Sequence record: NC_014467.1
Strand: one strand, 5' to 3'
From: Escherichia phage RB16
DNA length: 64,000 bases
Below the pieces are notes generated by a model. That model worked only from the letters and a program-made list of their open reading frames with translations, did not search any database and was not told the DNA's origin. A program made the translations under genes and the position numbers. Positions 9,014 to 18,071 of this stretch are shown here, piece by piece. Position 1 is the first letter of the stretch. Each line of letters starts with the position of its first letter.

Positions 9014-9918
9014 AGAACTTTCCTTATCTGTTTGGCTATTGCCTCGATAACTGGCACGGAAACGGAGTTACCCGCTTGCTTGTATGCTTGTTTTTTACTC
9101 GATGGAATAATAAACGAATCTGGGAAGCCTTGCAAGCGAAAACATTCACGCGGGGTTAATCGTCGTGGGTTCTTCCCGTCCTGCAACACCAGACATTGAA
9201 CGCCGTCCTTGTAATATTGCGCGGTGATGGTTCCTGTGTGCGTAGAATCGGCTGTGACGGCCTGATAACCAAAGCCCTTACCGTTTGCCTTATTTCGTTC
9301 CTTACGCTCTCTAAAGCCTTTCCACGCGTTATCTGATAGAGTGTACGAATCATCAGCATCTTCGAGGATATCACCTACGCGCGTAGGGGTACGCGGGGGA
9401 ACCGGAAACGAAAAGAATACATCATCCAGGAAGCAGACAATGAACACGCGTTCACGTCGCTGGGGTAGTCCGAAATCTTTTGTATTCAGTCGCTGATAGA
9501 ATACGTTGTATCCTTCGGCCTCAAGAAGCCCGTAAATCGTTTTAAACGTCTTTCCCTTGTCATGGGTTAGCAATTCAGGCACGTTCTCAAAGAACAGCAC
9601 ACGGGGCTTTTTAGCGCGTATGATGCGGAGGATTTCAAAGAACACCGTACCGCGAGCATCATCAAATCCCAGTTTCAATCCGGCTTTACTGAATGCCTGA
9701 CACGGGAACCCAGCCAACAGGATATCGTGATCGGGTACTTTGTTTTCATCAATGGCAAACAGATCACCCTGTAGGTTATCGTCGCCCCAGTTTTCAATAT
9801 AGGTTTGCTGTGCGTGTTTGTCGATCTCAGACGTTAAAAGGCATTCGACCCCGCCGAATGCATTATCAAATCCAAATCGAACTCCACCAACGCCAGCGCA
9901 GAGGTCAATTATTTTCAT
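9010..9918 (-). CDS. DNA (cytosine-5)-methyltransferase, Dcm-like
   Basis: C5-MTase motifs in order: LCAGVGG (I), FPCQAFS (IV, catalytic Cys), ENV (VI), QRRERVF (VIII), GNSV (X). Confidence 0.85.
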   Translation of the reverse strand: MKIIDLCAGVGGVRFGFDNAFGGVECLLTSEIDKHAQQTYIENWGDDNLQGDLFAIDENKVPDHDILLAGFPCQAFSKAGLKLGFDDARGTVFFEILRIIRAKKPRVLFFENVPELLTHDKGKTFKTIYGLLEAEGYNVFYQRLNTKDFGLPQRRERVFIVCFLDDVFFSFPVPPRTPTRVGDILEDADDSYTLSDNAWKGFRERKERNKANGKGFGYQAVTADSTHTGTITAQYYKDGVQCLVLQDGKNPRRLTPRECFRLQGFPDSFIIPSSKKQAYKQAGNSVSVPVIEAIAKQIRKVL

Positions 9919-10178
9919 GCGTCGAAATCTATCTCGTCAATTTTGTAAGACTGTTCATCGATATCAGCCCACAGGGTGACTTTAACCGTTTTGCGGTCTT
10001 CGTACATGTCACGACCATCATAGCCGCCTACGTATTCGCTGTGCGTCTGTTCATCCACTTCCAAACGCAGACTATCGCGCATGATTTGGACAACAGCCTG
10101 TTCCATCGTAACAGAATCTGGGTGTTGTTCTGTGCCACCAACTCGAACATCTTTCAGGTGTAAAATAATATCAGACAT
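9915..10178 (-). CDS. hypothetical protein (87 aa)
   Basis: ORF track. Confidence 0.4.
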   Translation of the reverse strand: MSDIILHLKDVRVGGTEQHPDSVTMEQAVVQIMRDSLRLEVDEQTHSEYVGGYDGRDMYEDRKTVKVTLWADIDEQSYKIDEIDFDA

Positions 10179-10447
10179 CAGTTGCTACCCCACGTATAAA
10201 AATCAAATTTTTCGGTTTGCGCTTCTTCAACACGGATCACGTAATCACTGGTATCGTATTTGTCAGCGGTACGGAATTCAACCGAATACACACGAGCAAA
10301 CACAGCATAAAGCGCTTCGCGGATTTTCTCTGCGATCTCTTCATCGGTCTTATCGATATGCAACGTAAGCATATCGGAAACCACATCTTCAACGCGACGA
10401 ACATCACGCTTATCAATGTAACCAGTGTATAAATTTACTTCTTTCAT
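10178..10447 (-). CDS. hypothetical protein (89 aa)
   Basis: ORF track. Confidence 0.4.
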   Translation of the reverse strand: MKEVNLYTGYIDKRDVRRVEDVVSDMLTLHIDKTDEEIAEKIREALYAVFARVYSVEFRTADKYDTSDYVIRVEEAQTEKFDFYTWGSN

Positions 10448-11430
10448 TTGTAATACCTCATAACATGATCTTTGTACACGAGTTCAATGAAGTTATCCCA
10501 GAACTCGCGATCGACTTCTTTCGGATAGGTAGAGATTGCAGCCAGGCGTTCAACTTCACCCATCACTTCCTCCAGTTTTTCCTGTACTTCGGCAAACGGG
10601 ACATTACCAGCTTTAACCGATTTCAACAGGTCACTCTCAGGAAGAGGATAAACGATATCACCGTGCTTGTAAATCTGTACCAACTGCATACCGCCGCGCA
10701 ATGCGTGACTTAATGCTTTCCAATCGATCCCATTGTTGGCTTCTGCTTGTCGTGCGCGTTCGCCATATTCATCCCAGAGCTTATACACGGATTTCTTCAT
10801 TTCCGCTACGGTGATTGTGAACTGGAATTTACGACCCAGAACTTCGTAGAAATTCTGCATACCACCTTTTTCGCTATAATGCAAAATAGAACGACAGAAT
10901 TCATTGGTCGGTAGTTGGTCTTTGATGTCGCCAACTTTGGTATTAACCAACGATGAAGCGTTTTCATCGTAATGTGCATTATCGGTGTCTTGCAACACGT
11001 CATACACTTCACGCAATGCAGCCAGGCGTGAACCCTTAACGCCATATTTCGCGGCTTGCTTACGAACATAACCGAACAGACCAGTTAACTCCGTGGTGTA
11101 GAAACGCCAGCGGTTAGCGCGGATATACTGCCAGATTTCAGAGTTAGCGATCAGCTTGCTATCATCAGCATGAAGCATATCGAGCGCTACGGTATCACCA
11201 TCACACGCAAGGCTGATGAACTTAGGCAGACTATACAACTGACGGTCTACGTCATCAACGGTGTTTTTAGAGTTCTTATCGCCCGTGCTCGTGTCGATGG
11301 TCTTTGGGGCTTTACCCAGTAAGATATCGCGTGGATGCGGGAGAAAGATCCCTTTATAATCTTTGTCGCTTGTCGGGGTGTTCAGTCCGTACAAAAAACT
11401 TCCAAACACCATTTCAACTACGGTTTTCAT
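10444..11430 (-). CDS. nucleotidyltransferase-fold (Pol-beta superfamily) protein, about 328 aa
   Basis: N-terminal VEMVFGSFLYGLNTPTSDKDYKGIF fits hG[GS]x9-13DhD NTase signature; start placed at MKTVVEMVFGSF. Confidence 0.5.
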   Translation of the reverse strand: MKTVVEMVFGSFLYGLNTPTSDKDYKGIFLPHPRDILLGKAPKTIDTSTGDKNSKNTVDDVDRQLYSLPKFISLACDGDTVALDMLHADDSKLIANSEIWQYIRANRWRFYTTELTGLFGYVRKQAAKYGVKGSRLAALREVYDVLQDTDNAHYDENASSLVNTKVGDIKDQLPTNEFCRSILHYSEKGGMQNFYEVLGRKFQFTITVAEMKKSVYKLWDEYGERARQAEANNGIDWKALSHALRGGMQLVQIYKHGDIVYPLPESDLLKSVKAGNVPFAEVQEKLEEVMGEVERLAAISTYPKEVDREFWDNFIELVYKDHVMRYYK

Positions 11431-11947
11431 AAAATTCTCCAAATAATTCTTTCGCTTTCGCTTCGTATACTACACTAGCTTCTTCTGGCGTGGCAAACCT
11501 ACCCAAAAACATATCTTTGCGGTTATGTTTGATTTTAGCTATCCATTTATCACGAGCATTGTCGAAATAGACCCCCTTATAGCCAGATTTATTGGTTTTC
11601 GGAGTTTTTGCTTTCATCGTGTTCTGCTGTTGCGTTACTTCCTGTAGGTTATCTTTGCCATTACCGTTCCCGACCCCGCGTTTATGGTCAACGATAGCGG
11701 GAAGATACCCGTTAGCAACATAGAAAACAATTCGATGAACATAGTACGACTTGCCGTTATATCCTATTGCAGTGTATCCAAATGAATTCGTACTACCCGC
11801 AATACTTCCTACTGTAGCCCTACTACCCCTGTGAACTTTCCAATAACACAACCCTGTGTCAACATCAACCCGAAGAATTTCTAACAATGAATCTATTTCG
11901 CTGCGTTCATCTTCTAGCGTTCTTTTCCACCGTCCGTGGCATTTCAT
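11414..11947 (-). CDS. HNH homing endonuclease with AP2-type DNA-binding domain
   Basis: YVHRIVFYVANGYLP...VDHKRG...DNLQ (HNH_3-like) followed by SGYKGVYF...KWIAKI...LGRF...EEA (AP2-like). Confidence 0.7.
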   Translation of the reverse strand: MKCHGRWKRTLEDERSEIDSLLEILRVDVDTGLCYWKVHRGSRATVGSIAGSTNSFGYTAIGYNGKSYYVHRIVFYVANGYLPAIVDHKRGVGNGNGKDNLQEVTQQQNTMKAKTPKTNKSGYKGVYFDNARDKWIAKIKHNRKDMFLGRFATPEEASVVYEAKAKELFGEFYENRS

Positions 11948-12336
11948 TCTTCAATTCCCAAGATAGCAGCAATTGCTTTCAGGTTTTCGGTAGTGATTTC
12001 GGGAACATTCACAGTGTATGAATTACCGAACATAGGCTGAATTTTAGCACACAATTCTTTACGATACATCATTTCTTTATAATGTTCTTCACTGCGATAG
12101 ACAGTGTACCCCATCCATCCATCGGTTCGTCCAAATGTGCGGTCAATCTTTTCATTGGTGTACGATTTCGGATCGAAGGTTTCAGAAGTTGACGCATAGA
12201 TGTATTTTCTTGCTACTTTATGCACATACAGTGTGCGCGGTTTTCTGTTCTGTCTTGTATCAGAACGAATACCGCAATCATAAAGGGTATCGCCCACTTT
12301 CACATCAGATAAATTTCTCATTTCATTTTCCAACAC
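11944..12336 (-). CDS. hypothetical protein (130 aa)
   Basis: ORF track. Confidence 0.45.
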   Translation of the reverse strand: MLENEMRNLSDVKVGDTLYDCGIRSDTRQNRKPRTLYVHKVARKYIYASTSETFDPKSYTNEKIDRTFGRTDGWMGYTVYRSEEHYKEMMYRKELCAKIQPMFGNSYTVNVPEITTENLKAIAAILGIEE

Positions 12337-12569
12337 TTTTTCTTTTCACAATAAAACACAGGGAGTTTAGACAATACCGGAGTAATGACATTCTCACCAG
12401 TTTTCGTATTATGCACCAGTTCGATAGTAAGTGATTTACCCATCGCAGATTTGACAATATCCAGTTTCAGGATCTCACGATTACCCTTTGTATTGATTTC
12501 CGCAACATAATAATCATTACCGTTGATGTTAATAACATCACCCATCAAAACGCTTCTGGCATGTTTCAT
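12318..12569 (-). CDS. hypothetical protein (83 aa)
   Basis: ORF track. Confidence 0.4.
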   Translation of the reverse strand: MKHARSVLMGDVININGNDYYVAEINTKGNREILKLDIVKSAMGKSLTIELVHNTKTGENVITPVLSKLPVFYCEKKKCWKMK

Positions 12570-13141
12570 TTAAACGTCACCTTCGTATACAGCGAGGACA
12601 TCAAAGAACGGTCAACACCGTCAATAACAATCATACCCTGGTACGCGTCTTTGTCTTTGCGGGAGTACATACGACACAGCAGCGAACCATCTTTTGCGAT
12701 GTATTCAACCTGGTATGTGCGACGTTCTGTTTTCAGAATATCACCAATAGCAACCGGACGTTCTACCTTTTCCCGTTTGTTCAGTGAAAATGACAACACA
12801 TTATTTCCATCTACATCAACCGTTTTATCTTTTGCCGCACAATCACGGCTATCAATGCTATGGATGTTAACTGAATACACGCTATCAGAAAGCAGCCTAT
12901 GATCATCACCTGAACCAATTGTCGCGATGATGGTCGATCCAGTCGTGCTGCGATTGTCAGACACAAACACATACACAGTGAACGGTACACCGAGTTTAAT
13001 ATCTTTCGCAACAGATTGAACAGTGAACGGTTCTTTGAACCCGCGAGATAGTGAGTGATTAATAAAAACGCCATCACCAGGGATCAGAGCGCGACGAACA
13101 ATTTTGGTTTCTTCGGTTTTGATAAATGCAGTTTTGTTCAT
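12566..13141 (-). CDS. hypothetical protein (191 aa)
   Basis: ORF track. Confidence 0.45.
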   Translation of the reverse strand: MNKTAFIKTEETKIVRRALIPGDGVFINHSLSRGFKEPFTVQSVAKDIKLGVPFTVYVFVSDNRSTTGSTIIATIGSGDDHRLLSDSVYSVNIHSIDSRDCAAKDKTVDVDGNNVLSFSLNKREKVERPVAIGDILKTERRTYQVEYIAKDGSLLCRMYSRKDKDAYQGMIVIDGVDRSLMSSLYTKVTFK

Positions 13142-13410
13142 AATGATTTCCTCTCAAATTCTTCATCAGATTTCCAGTACACGTTAAAGTTACGGCAATC
13201 ATGATCAGAAGTCAATGTATATTTTTCACTTGTTTTTTCATCGGTGATAACCATCGTTTCATTTTCGATAGAGTCAACACCATACACAAACACTTTATCA
13301 CCGCGCGTATTCAGGAACGCGTCACCTTCTTCAATCAACTGCCAACAGTTCACTGGTAAACCGCCCGTGCTTATCGGACGGCTAACAAGACAGTAAGGGT
13401 GTTTAATCAT
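13138..13410 (-). CDS. hypothetical protein (90 aa)
   Basis: ORF track. Confidence 0.4.
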   Translation of the reverse strand: MIKHPYCLVSRPISTGGLPVNCWQLIEEGDAFLNTRGDKVFVYGVDSIENETMVITDEKTSEKYTLTSDHDCRNFNVYWKSDEEFERKSL

Positions 13411-13601
13411 TTAAATTCTTCCATTGCATAGGAAGTAAGATCTTTGAAATACCTTGCGGTGTTGCCTTCTGGGTTGTTTGTAATCTCCATCAGGATAACA
13501 GCACTATCAACTCCTGCTTTCTTAGCCATGAATGAAAGGGCTTCGGTAGCAATAATCGTTGCTTTCATAACATCAGCTTTAGAAACGTTGATTGTATTCA
13601 T
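13407..13601 (-). CDS. hypothetical protein (64 aa)
   Basis: ORF track; preceded by promoter cassette. Confidence 0.4.
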   Translation of the reverse strand: MNTINVSKADVMKATIIATEALSFMAKKAGVDSAVILMEITNNPEGNTARYFKDLTSYAMEEFK

Positions 13602-13637
13602 TTTTCTTCCTTTTCATTAATCACTTGGTATGTGTGT

Positions 13638-13675
13638 ATAATACAAAAGCCCTCACGAGAACGCAAGGGCTTTTT
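13638..13675 (-). promoter_or_regulatory. terminator-hairpin/promoter cassette (-35 TTGCGT in hairpin, 17-nt spacer, -10 TATTAT)
   Basis: minus strand AGCCCTTGCGTTCTCGTGAGGGCTTTTG TATTAT; terminates NatV transcript and can start the next. Confidence 0.5.
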
Positions 13676-13774
13676 ATTAAATTCCGTATAAATCTGGATT
13701 CACAATAACCGCACATAAAAGATCATCTATATGTGCGGCTTCTTGTTCTAAGGTTTGTTTAGATGAATGTGCTT

Positions 13775-14836
13775 TCAAGCAACCCCCGTAAAGGCGTTTA
13801 CTATCTGGAAATGATCATCGAAGAATTCCCCTTGTCGTTGTACGACCTCATGTAAGGGCATCCAGAACGCCTCTGCTGCATCGTCAGCGCCTCCCATAAT
13901 GCGGGGCAGACTTCCATCATTGTTAGGTTCTAACTTGATGTATTGCGCTACAGTCGGTTTTGAGAAGTGTACGGAACGCTTCGGATGATCAAACAACATC
14001 GAATTGCGAATTGAACCACGGATAACCTTTTCAGGAACCTTGATCCGAACCTCTTCGAGCAATTCACGGATCGCACAATCCAGGAATGTTTCGTTTGCGT
14101 TTTTGTGTCCACCTGGCAGGGCCAACGCGCCTTTACCCGGTGCAAACTTACGACGAATTACCAGAAGGTGATTGTTACACACAACCACGCTATCACCCGT
14201 ACAACAGTTTAACGCGTCGGGGTATGGGTACGCTTTGAACTTCTCCAGTTCATCTTCCCATTTCTCGAACTCGTAGTACAAGCGCCAGAACGTATCGGTC
14301 ATCATCCATCCGTTAAGAGAACCCACGACAGCAGCAGGAACATAACGGGCGATCTTCTCGTCCCATCCATTTTTATGTAAAAATATGGTTGGACGCAGGT
14401 CGGTAGCAGATAAATCTTTGCCGTCAACCTTAACCGGATCAACCGGAACATGAGTCCATCCGAACGCTTTAAGCCAGTACGAATCAGCATCTTTTTCGTA
14501 ACCGTAGATCGCGATGTTATCGCCTTTAGTTTCGTCGATTGCTGTACGAACAGAGGTTTTCCATTTTTCTTCATTGTAAAGGTAATCTGGAATCGGTTTG
14601 AATTGCACACGGGACACATCTTCATATTTGAACTCAGACAGTAACCAGCTTGTAATCATACGTTCCCGTTCGGTTGCTGTTAGCGGGTTTAAAACGTTAG
14701 GGTAAGCATAAGCGGAACCCAGGAGGATATAAACGGCCTTCGACTCTTCAAGTGCTTTACGCACCATTGCCGCATGACCATTATGGAAGGGTTGGAATCT
14801 GCCAATTACGACAGCTTTATCAAATTTGTATTTCAT
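13775..14836 (-). CDS. natV: bifunctional NMN adenylyltransferase / Nudix hydrolase (NatV-like)
   Basis: N-terminal GRFQPFHNGH (HxGH nucleotidyltransferase motif) and C-terminal Nudix box GGHKNANETFLDCAIRELLEEVRIKV; start set at MKYKFDKAVVIGRF. Confidence 0.8.
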   Translation of the reverse strand: MKYKFDKAVVIGRFQPFHNGHAAMVRKALEESKAVYILLGSAYAYPNVLNPLTATERERMITSWLLSEFKYEDVSRVQFKPIPDYLYNEEKWKTSVRTAIDETKGDNIAIYGYEKDADSYWLKAFGWTHVPVDPVKVDGKDLSATDLRPTIFLHKNGWDEKIARYVPAAVVGSLNGWMMTDTFWRLYYEFEKWEDELEKFKAYPYPDALNCCTGDSVVVCNNHLLVIRRKFAPGKGALALPGGHKNANETFLDCAIRELLEEVRIKVPEKVIRGSIRNSMLFDHPKRSVHFSKPTVAQYIKLEPNNDGSLPRIMGGADDAAEAFWMPLHEVVQRQGEFFDDHFQIVNAFTGVA

Positions 14837-14861
14837 AACGTGCTCCACGTTTAAAGGGTAA

Positions 14862-14960
14862 TCATAAAACAGACGCAATAATCAATACACCAAGCAAACC
14901 GCCAATAAAGCCGAAGAATAGCGAAATGAAGATAGATAAGATGATCTGTTTTATGTTCAT
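14862..14960 (-). CDS. possible single-pass membrane micropeptide (32 aa)
   Basis: hand translation MNIKQIILSIFISLFFGFIGGLLGVLIIASVL; lies between SPFH gene and natV. Confidence 0.25.
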   Translation of the reverse strand: MNIKQIILSIFISLFFGFIGGLLGVLIIASVL

Positions 14961-14985
14961 TATAGTATTCTCGTTTTAAGAATCA

Positions 14986-15006
14986 AGCCCCCAAGGAAAG
15001 GGGGCT
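14986..15006 (-). terminator. stem-loop after SPFH gene
   Basis: AGCCCCC-TTTCCTT-GGGGGCT. Confidence 0.4.
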
Positions 15007-15014
15007 TTAAAATC

Positions 15015-15941
15015 TTATTTACGAGAATCGAAAATCACTTTACCAGCGTAATCTGAACCCATGACAGTCTGAGGCACATCACCTTTATAACGGGTAGAGT
15101 AGTTCATCTGTACATCCAGTTCTTTCCAGCGGATCATTTCTGGTGTGATGGTACGTTGCAACACGGCGTTCGCTTCTGCTTCTTTCTTCGCTGCATACAG
15201 TTTAGCGTCTGCATCACGTTCGTTGGCGATCGCATCGTTTTCACGCGCCTGACGATTTGCTTCCGCTTGTTTTACCTGTTGCTGTGAAGTCTGTTCGACT
15301 TTTGCCAGTTCCGCACGAGCGGCGTTAACCTGTTCTTCACGAATTTTCGTGTTAGTTACCTGTTCCATGATAACATCCGGCAGGGTGATATCCTGCAAGA
15401 ATACCTGTTTCACGGTGTAACCGTAAGGACGCGCATACTCTTCGACTTCCTGTTGAATTGCGGTCTGCAACTGGTTCTGGATCTTAGCATCAAACAGATC
15501 CTGTGCTTTTGGAACCGATTTGCCGAACTCGCGAACGGTTGACAGCAGTTTTTCGGTTACATACTTATCCAGTGCCTGTTCCTGGTCTCCCGCGTTGATG
15601 CGGTTGATAGGCGCTTTGTTACCGTCAAATTGCAGCATAACGGTCATATCAACAGTGGATTTAAACTTATCCTGTGAAGGAACCTGCAATTTATCGAACT
15701 TCTTCGCAATGTCTTTCGTGCTGAAAGTATCGAAATCAGCCAGCGGGTTTACGATATGGAAACCAGGCAGTACAGGTTTCGGAGAAACCTTACCCATGAA
15801 GGTCTGAGTTTTGACCGTGCCGTCCTGTACTACTGTAAAGGAGTTCGGAACCAGCCACAGTGCGGCTACTACGCCCAGAGCGATCAGAGTGGTTTTCTTC
15901 GGGTTGTTCAGGATAGTATTCATATTCATAGTATGTCTCAT
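15015..15941 (-). CDS. SPFH/band-7 (stomatin/prohibitin-like) membrane protein
   Basis: N-terminal TM helix TLIALGVVAALWLV followed by PHB-like region and C-terminal Ala/Gln/Glu-rich coiled coil typical of band-7 proteins. Confidence 0.6.
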   Translation of the reverse strand: MRHTMNMNTILNNPKKTTLIALGVVAALWLVPNSFTVVQDGTVKTQTFMGKVSPKPVLPGFHIVNPLADFDTFSTKDIAKKFDKLQVPSQDKFKSTVDMTVMLQFDGNKAPINRINAGDQEQALDKYVTEKLLSTVREFGKSVPKAQDLFDAKIQNQLQTAIQQEVEEYARPYGYTVKQVFLQDITLPDVIMEQVTNTKIREEQVNAARAELAKVEQTSQQQVKQAEANRQARENDAIANERDADAKLYAAKKEAEANAVLQRTITPEMIRWKELDVQMNYSTRYKGDVPQTVMGSDYAGKVIFDSRK

Positions 15942-16003
15942 TTAAGTTTATGTTTCAATTCGATAGTTATTCTATCATCACCATTCAGCTTGTCAAATAC
16001 TTT

Positions 16004-16387
16004 TTAAGAAAGTTTTGTCAGCTTGTAAATCGTTTGATAGCACAAGCCTTTTATCTCGTCCATGATGTTCTTCAATGAACTATCAACTGCGTCGTAGATT
16101 TCTTCGGCTTCGGTGGCTATTTTACGGAGATACGCTACCGTGTCAAGCACATTTTCAACTTTTAATACGGGTTTGTACCTTCCGGTAATGCCTATATGGA
16201 TTTCGGTGAACTTATCGACCAGATCCTGCATATCTTCGTAAAACCCTTCATATGCTTTATGCTGTGAGTATGAACCAGTCGCGAAGTGTGCGCTGTGCAT
16301 ATACGTAACAGACATTAGGCAAGTGCCGATAAAGGCATCGATCTTACTTGTGGTATCGCGTTCTGTAATTTCGTTAAACGTCTGCAT
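16004..16387 (-). CDS. hypothetical protein (127 aa)
   Basis: ORF track. Confidence 0.45.
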   Translation of the reverse strand: MQTFNEITERDTTSKIDAFIGTCLMSVTYMHSAHFATGSYSQHKAYEGFYEDMQDLVDKFTEIHIGITGRYKPVLKVENVLDTVAYLRKIATEAEEIYDAVDSSLKNIMDEIKGLCYQTIYKLTKLS

Positions 16388-16397
16388 CTTTCATCCC

Positions 16398-16679
16398 TTA
16401 TGAACGATGAATAGAAGCGAATTCAGTTGCTACCCTAAGCCCTAAGCGTTTGCATTCAGGTTCAGATTTACACTGTTTCTGCTGCCATTTTCGTTCCATA
16501 TAATTATAGAAAAGTTCACTTGTATTTACGCTGGGAGGGATGGTGTCTAGATACACCTGTAGCGCTGCATTGATGTAGTAGTCGAATTCTTTCGGTACGA
16601 CTGAATCATCTGCGTGTGATGCTGGAGACAAGATTAACAAACCAAACATCAGCGCTTTGGATATGCGTTTAATGTTCAT
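16398..16679 (-). CDS. secreted/periplasmic small protein (signal peptide MNIKRISKALMFGLLILSPASHA)
   Basis: predicted cleavable signal peptide; start trimmed to Met preceding the hydrophobic core. Confidence 0.45.
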   Translation of the reverse strand: MNIKRISKALMFGLLILSPASHADDSVVPKEFDYYINAALQVYLDTIPPSVNTSELFYNYMERKWQQKQCKSEPECKRLGLRVATEFASIHRS

Positions 16680-16786
16680 AAGCAATTTCTCTACGTGCTT
16701 ACGGATCACCAATAGACCCGTTCCTGTATATATTTATAGCAAAAAAGGGGCAATAAACCCCTTATGTTAAATCAGTATAAAAATAA

Positions 16787-17179
16787 TCAGGTTATGTCAT
16801 ACCAGCATAAGCTACGCTCATATGCGCGGATCTTGTTGGCGTTTTCGATGTTTTCATCCCACCCAATTACACCAGCTTTCATCCGGCGCAATTCCTGACG
16901 CATCTTTTCACGAACTTTTGAATCTATGCGCTTCTTTGCAATTTCGAGCATAACGGAAATGTCACCATGTGCTTTGTTACCGTCGCGGTTCACGTTCTTA
17001 TCAAACCGGATATATGCGCAACCTGATTTGTGTTTCCAATTGGTTGTATACCAACGTAAACCATCAGGGCTTTCCCCGTGTTGTGCATAATACTGTGAAA
17101 ATGTTTTTGTCTCTTCGATCTGTTCGATAGAGGACTTATCACGGGCTGGAACATATTTGTTACGGTAAGTACGGCTCAT
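16787..17179 (-). CDS. hypothetical protein (130 aa)
   Basis: ORF track. Confidence 0.45.
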   Translation of the reverse strand: MSRTYRNKYVPARDKSSIEQIEETKTFSQYYAQHGESPDGLRWYTTNWKHKSGCAYIRFDKNVNRDGNKAHGDISVMLEIAKKRIDSKVREKMRQELRRMKAGVIGWDENIENANKIRAYERSLCWYDIT

Positions 17180-17209
17180 AATGACTCTCCTTTGTTGTCT
17201 GATTACACC

Positions 17210-17794
17210 TTAACAGTTCACACCGACTTTATCAAGCACTTTTTCATGATAATGTTTCCGGCATAACGAAACATATTTGTCTTCGGCTCCGATTTCGACT
17301 TGCGCCCCTTCTGTTACGAAGTTGCATTGTGCGTCGATACGGGCGACCGTAGTTGCTTTACGTCCACAGTGACACATTCCCCGCAGTTCGCGGATCTCGT
17401 CAGCCCATGCAAGCAACCAGTAAGAACCCTCGAACAGATTCAACTGAAAGTCGGTACGCAACCCGTAGCACATCACAGGAATTTCGAGTTCATCGACAAC
17501 ACGACACAGATCGAAAACGTTTTTCTTCGAGAGGAATTGCGCTTCATCAACGAAGATGCAAGAGATATTATTCTGGCGCTGGATATCCCAGAACAGATCC
17601 ATACTTGGTGCAATCAGTTCGCAATTTGCATTTAGCCCTACACGAGAAGAAACGGTGTGCGACGTGCGAGTGTCAAGCATAGGCTTGTAGATCACAACGT
17701 TCATACCGCGTTCTTTGTAGTTGTATGCGTCTGTTAACAGTCGCGCACTTTTACCAGCGTTCATTGATGCGTAGTGATAATACAGTTTAGCCAT
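17210..17794 (-). CDS. tk: thymidine kinase
   Basis: Walker A NAGKSARL, FVDEAQF, zinc-binding C-terminus CHCGRKA...SLCRKH; near-colinear with T4 Tk as I recall it. Confidence 0.9.
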   Translation of the reverse strand: MAKLYYHYASMNAGKSARLLTDAYNYKERGMNVVIYKPMLDTRTSHTVSSRVGLNANCELIAPSMDLFWDIQRQNNISCIFVDEAQFLSKKNVFDLCRVVDELEIPVMCYGLRTDFQLNLFEGSYWLLAWADEIRELRGMCHCGRKATTVARIDAQCNFVTEGAQVEIGAEDKYVSLCRKHYHEKVLDKVGVNC

Positions 17795-17999
17795 GTTTAG
17801 CCCGTTCCTCTGCTACCGCATCAAACACCGCGTCTTCAACTTCTTTTTCGACGAATGAAATGATTTCATCAACCATGCGATCGATGTATAATTGATTGAC
17901 ATTGCGCGAATCTGGATCATCTTCTGCTGCATAATCCTGGTAAAGTTCTCCCAGTTCTTTCAGCTTGTGCTTTAACACTTTTTCTTCTTGAACTCTCAT
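17787..17999 (-). CDS. hypothetical acidic protein (70 aa)
   Basis: ORF track. Confidence 0.4.
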   Translation of the reverse strand: MRVQEEKVLKHKLKELGELYQDYAAEDDPDSRNVNQLYIDRMVDEIISFVEKEVEDAVFDAVAEERAKHG

Positions 18000-18052
18000 T
18001 CTTTATTACCCATTTTATAGCCGATCCCAATGACCAGCCCCATCAAAATAAC

Positions 18053-18071
18053 CGCGCTTATCAAAAGCGCG
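18053..18071 (-). terminator. stem-loop CGCGCTT-ATCA-AAGCGCG
   Basis: 7-bp inverted repeat in intergenic gap. Confidence 0.35.

Noticed and set aside
9693-10163. Plus-strand ORF (156 aa) antisense to the methyltransferase gene
   Set aside because: The minus-strand ORF carries all C5-MTase motifs; the antisense ORF has none
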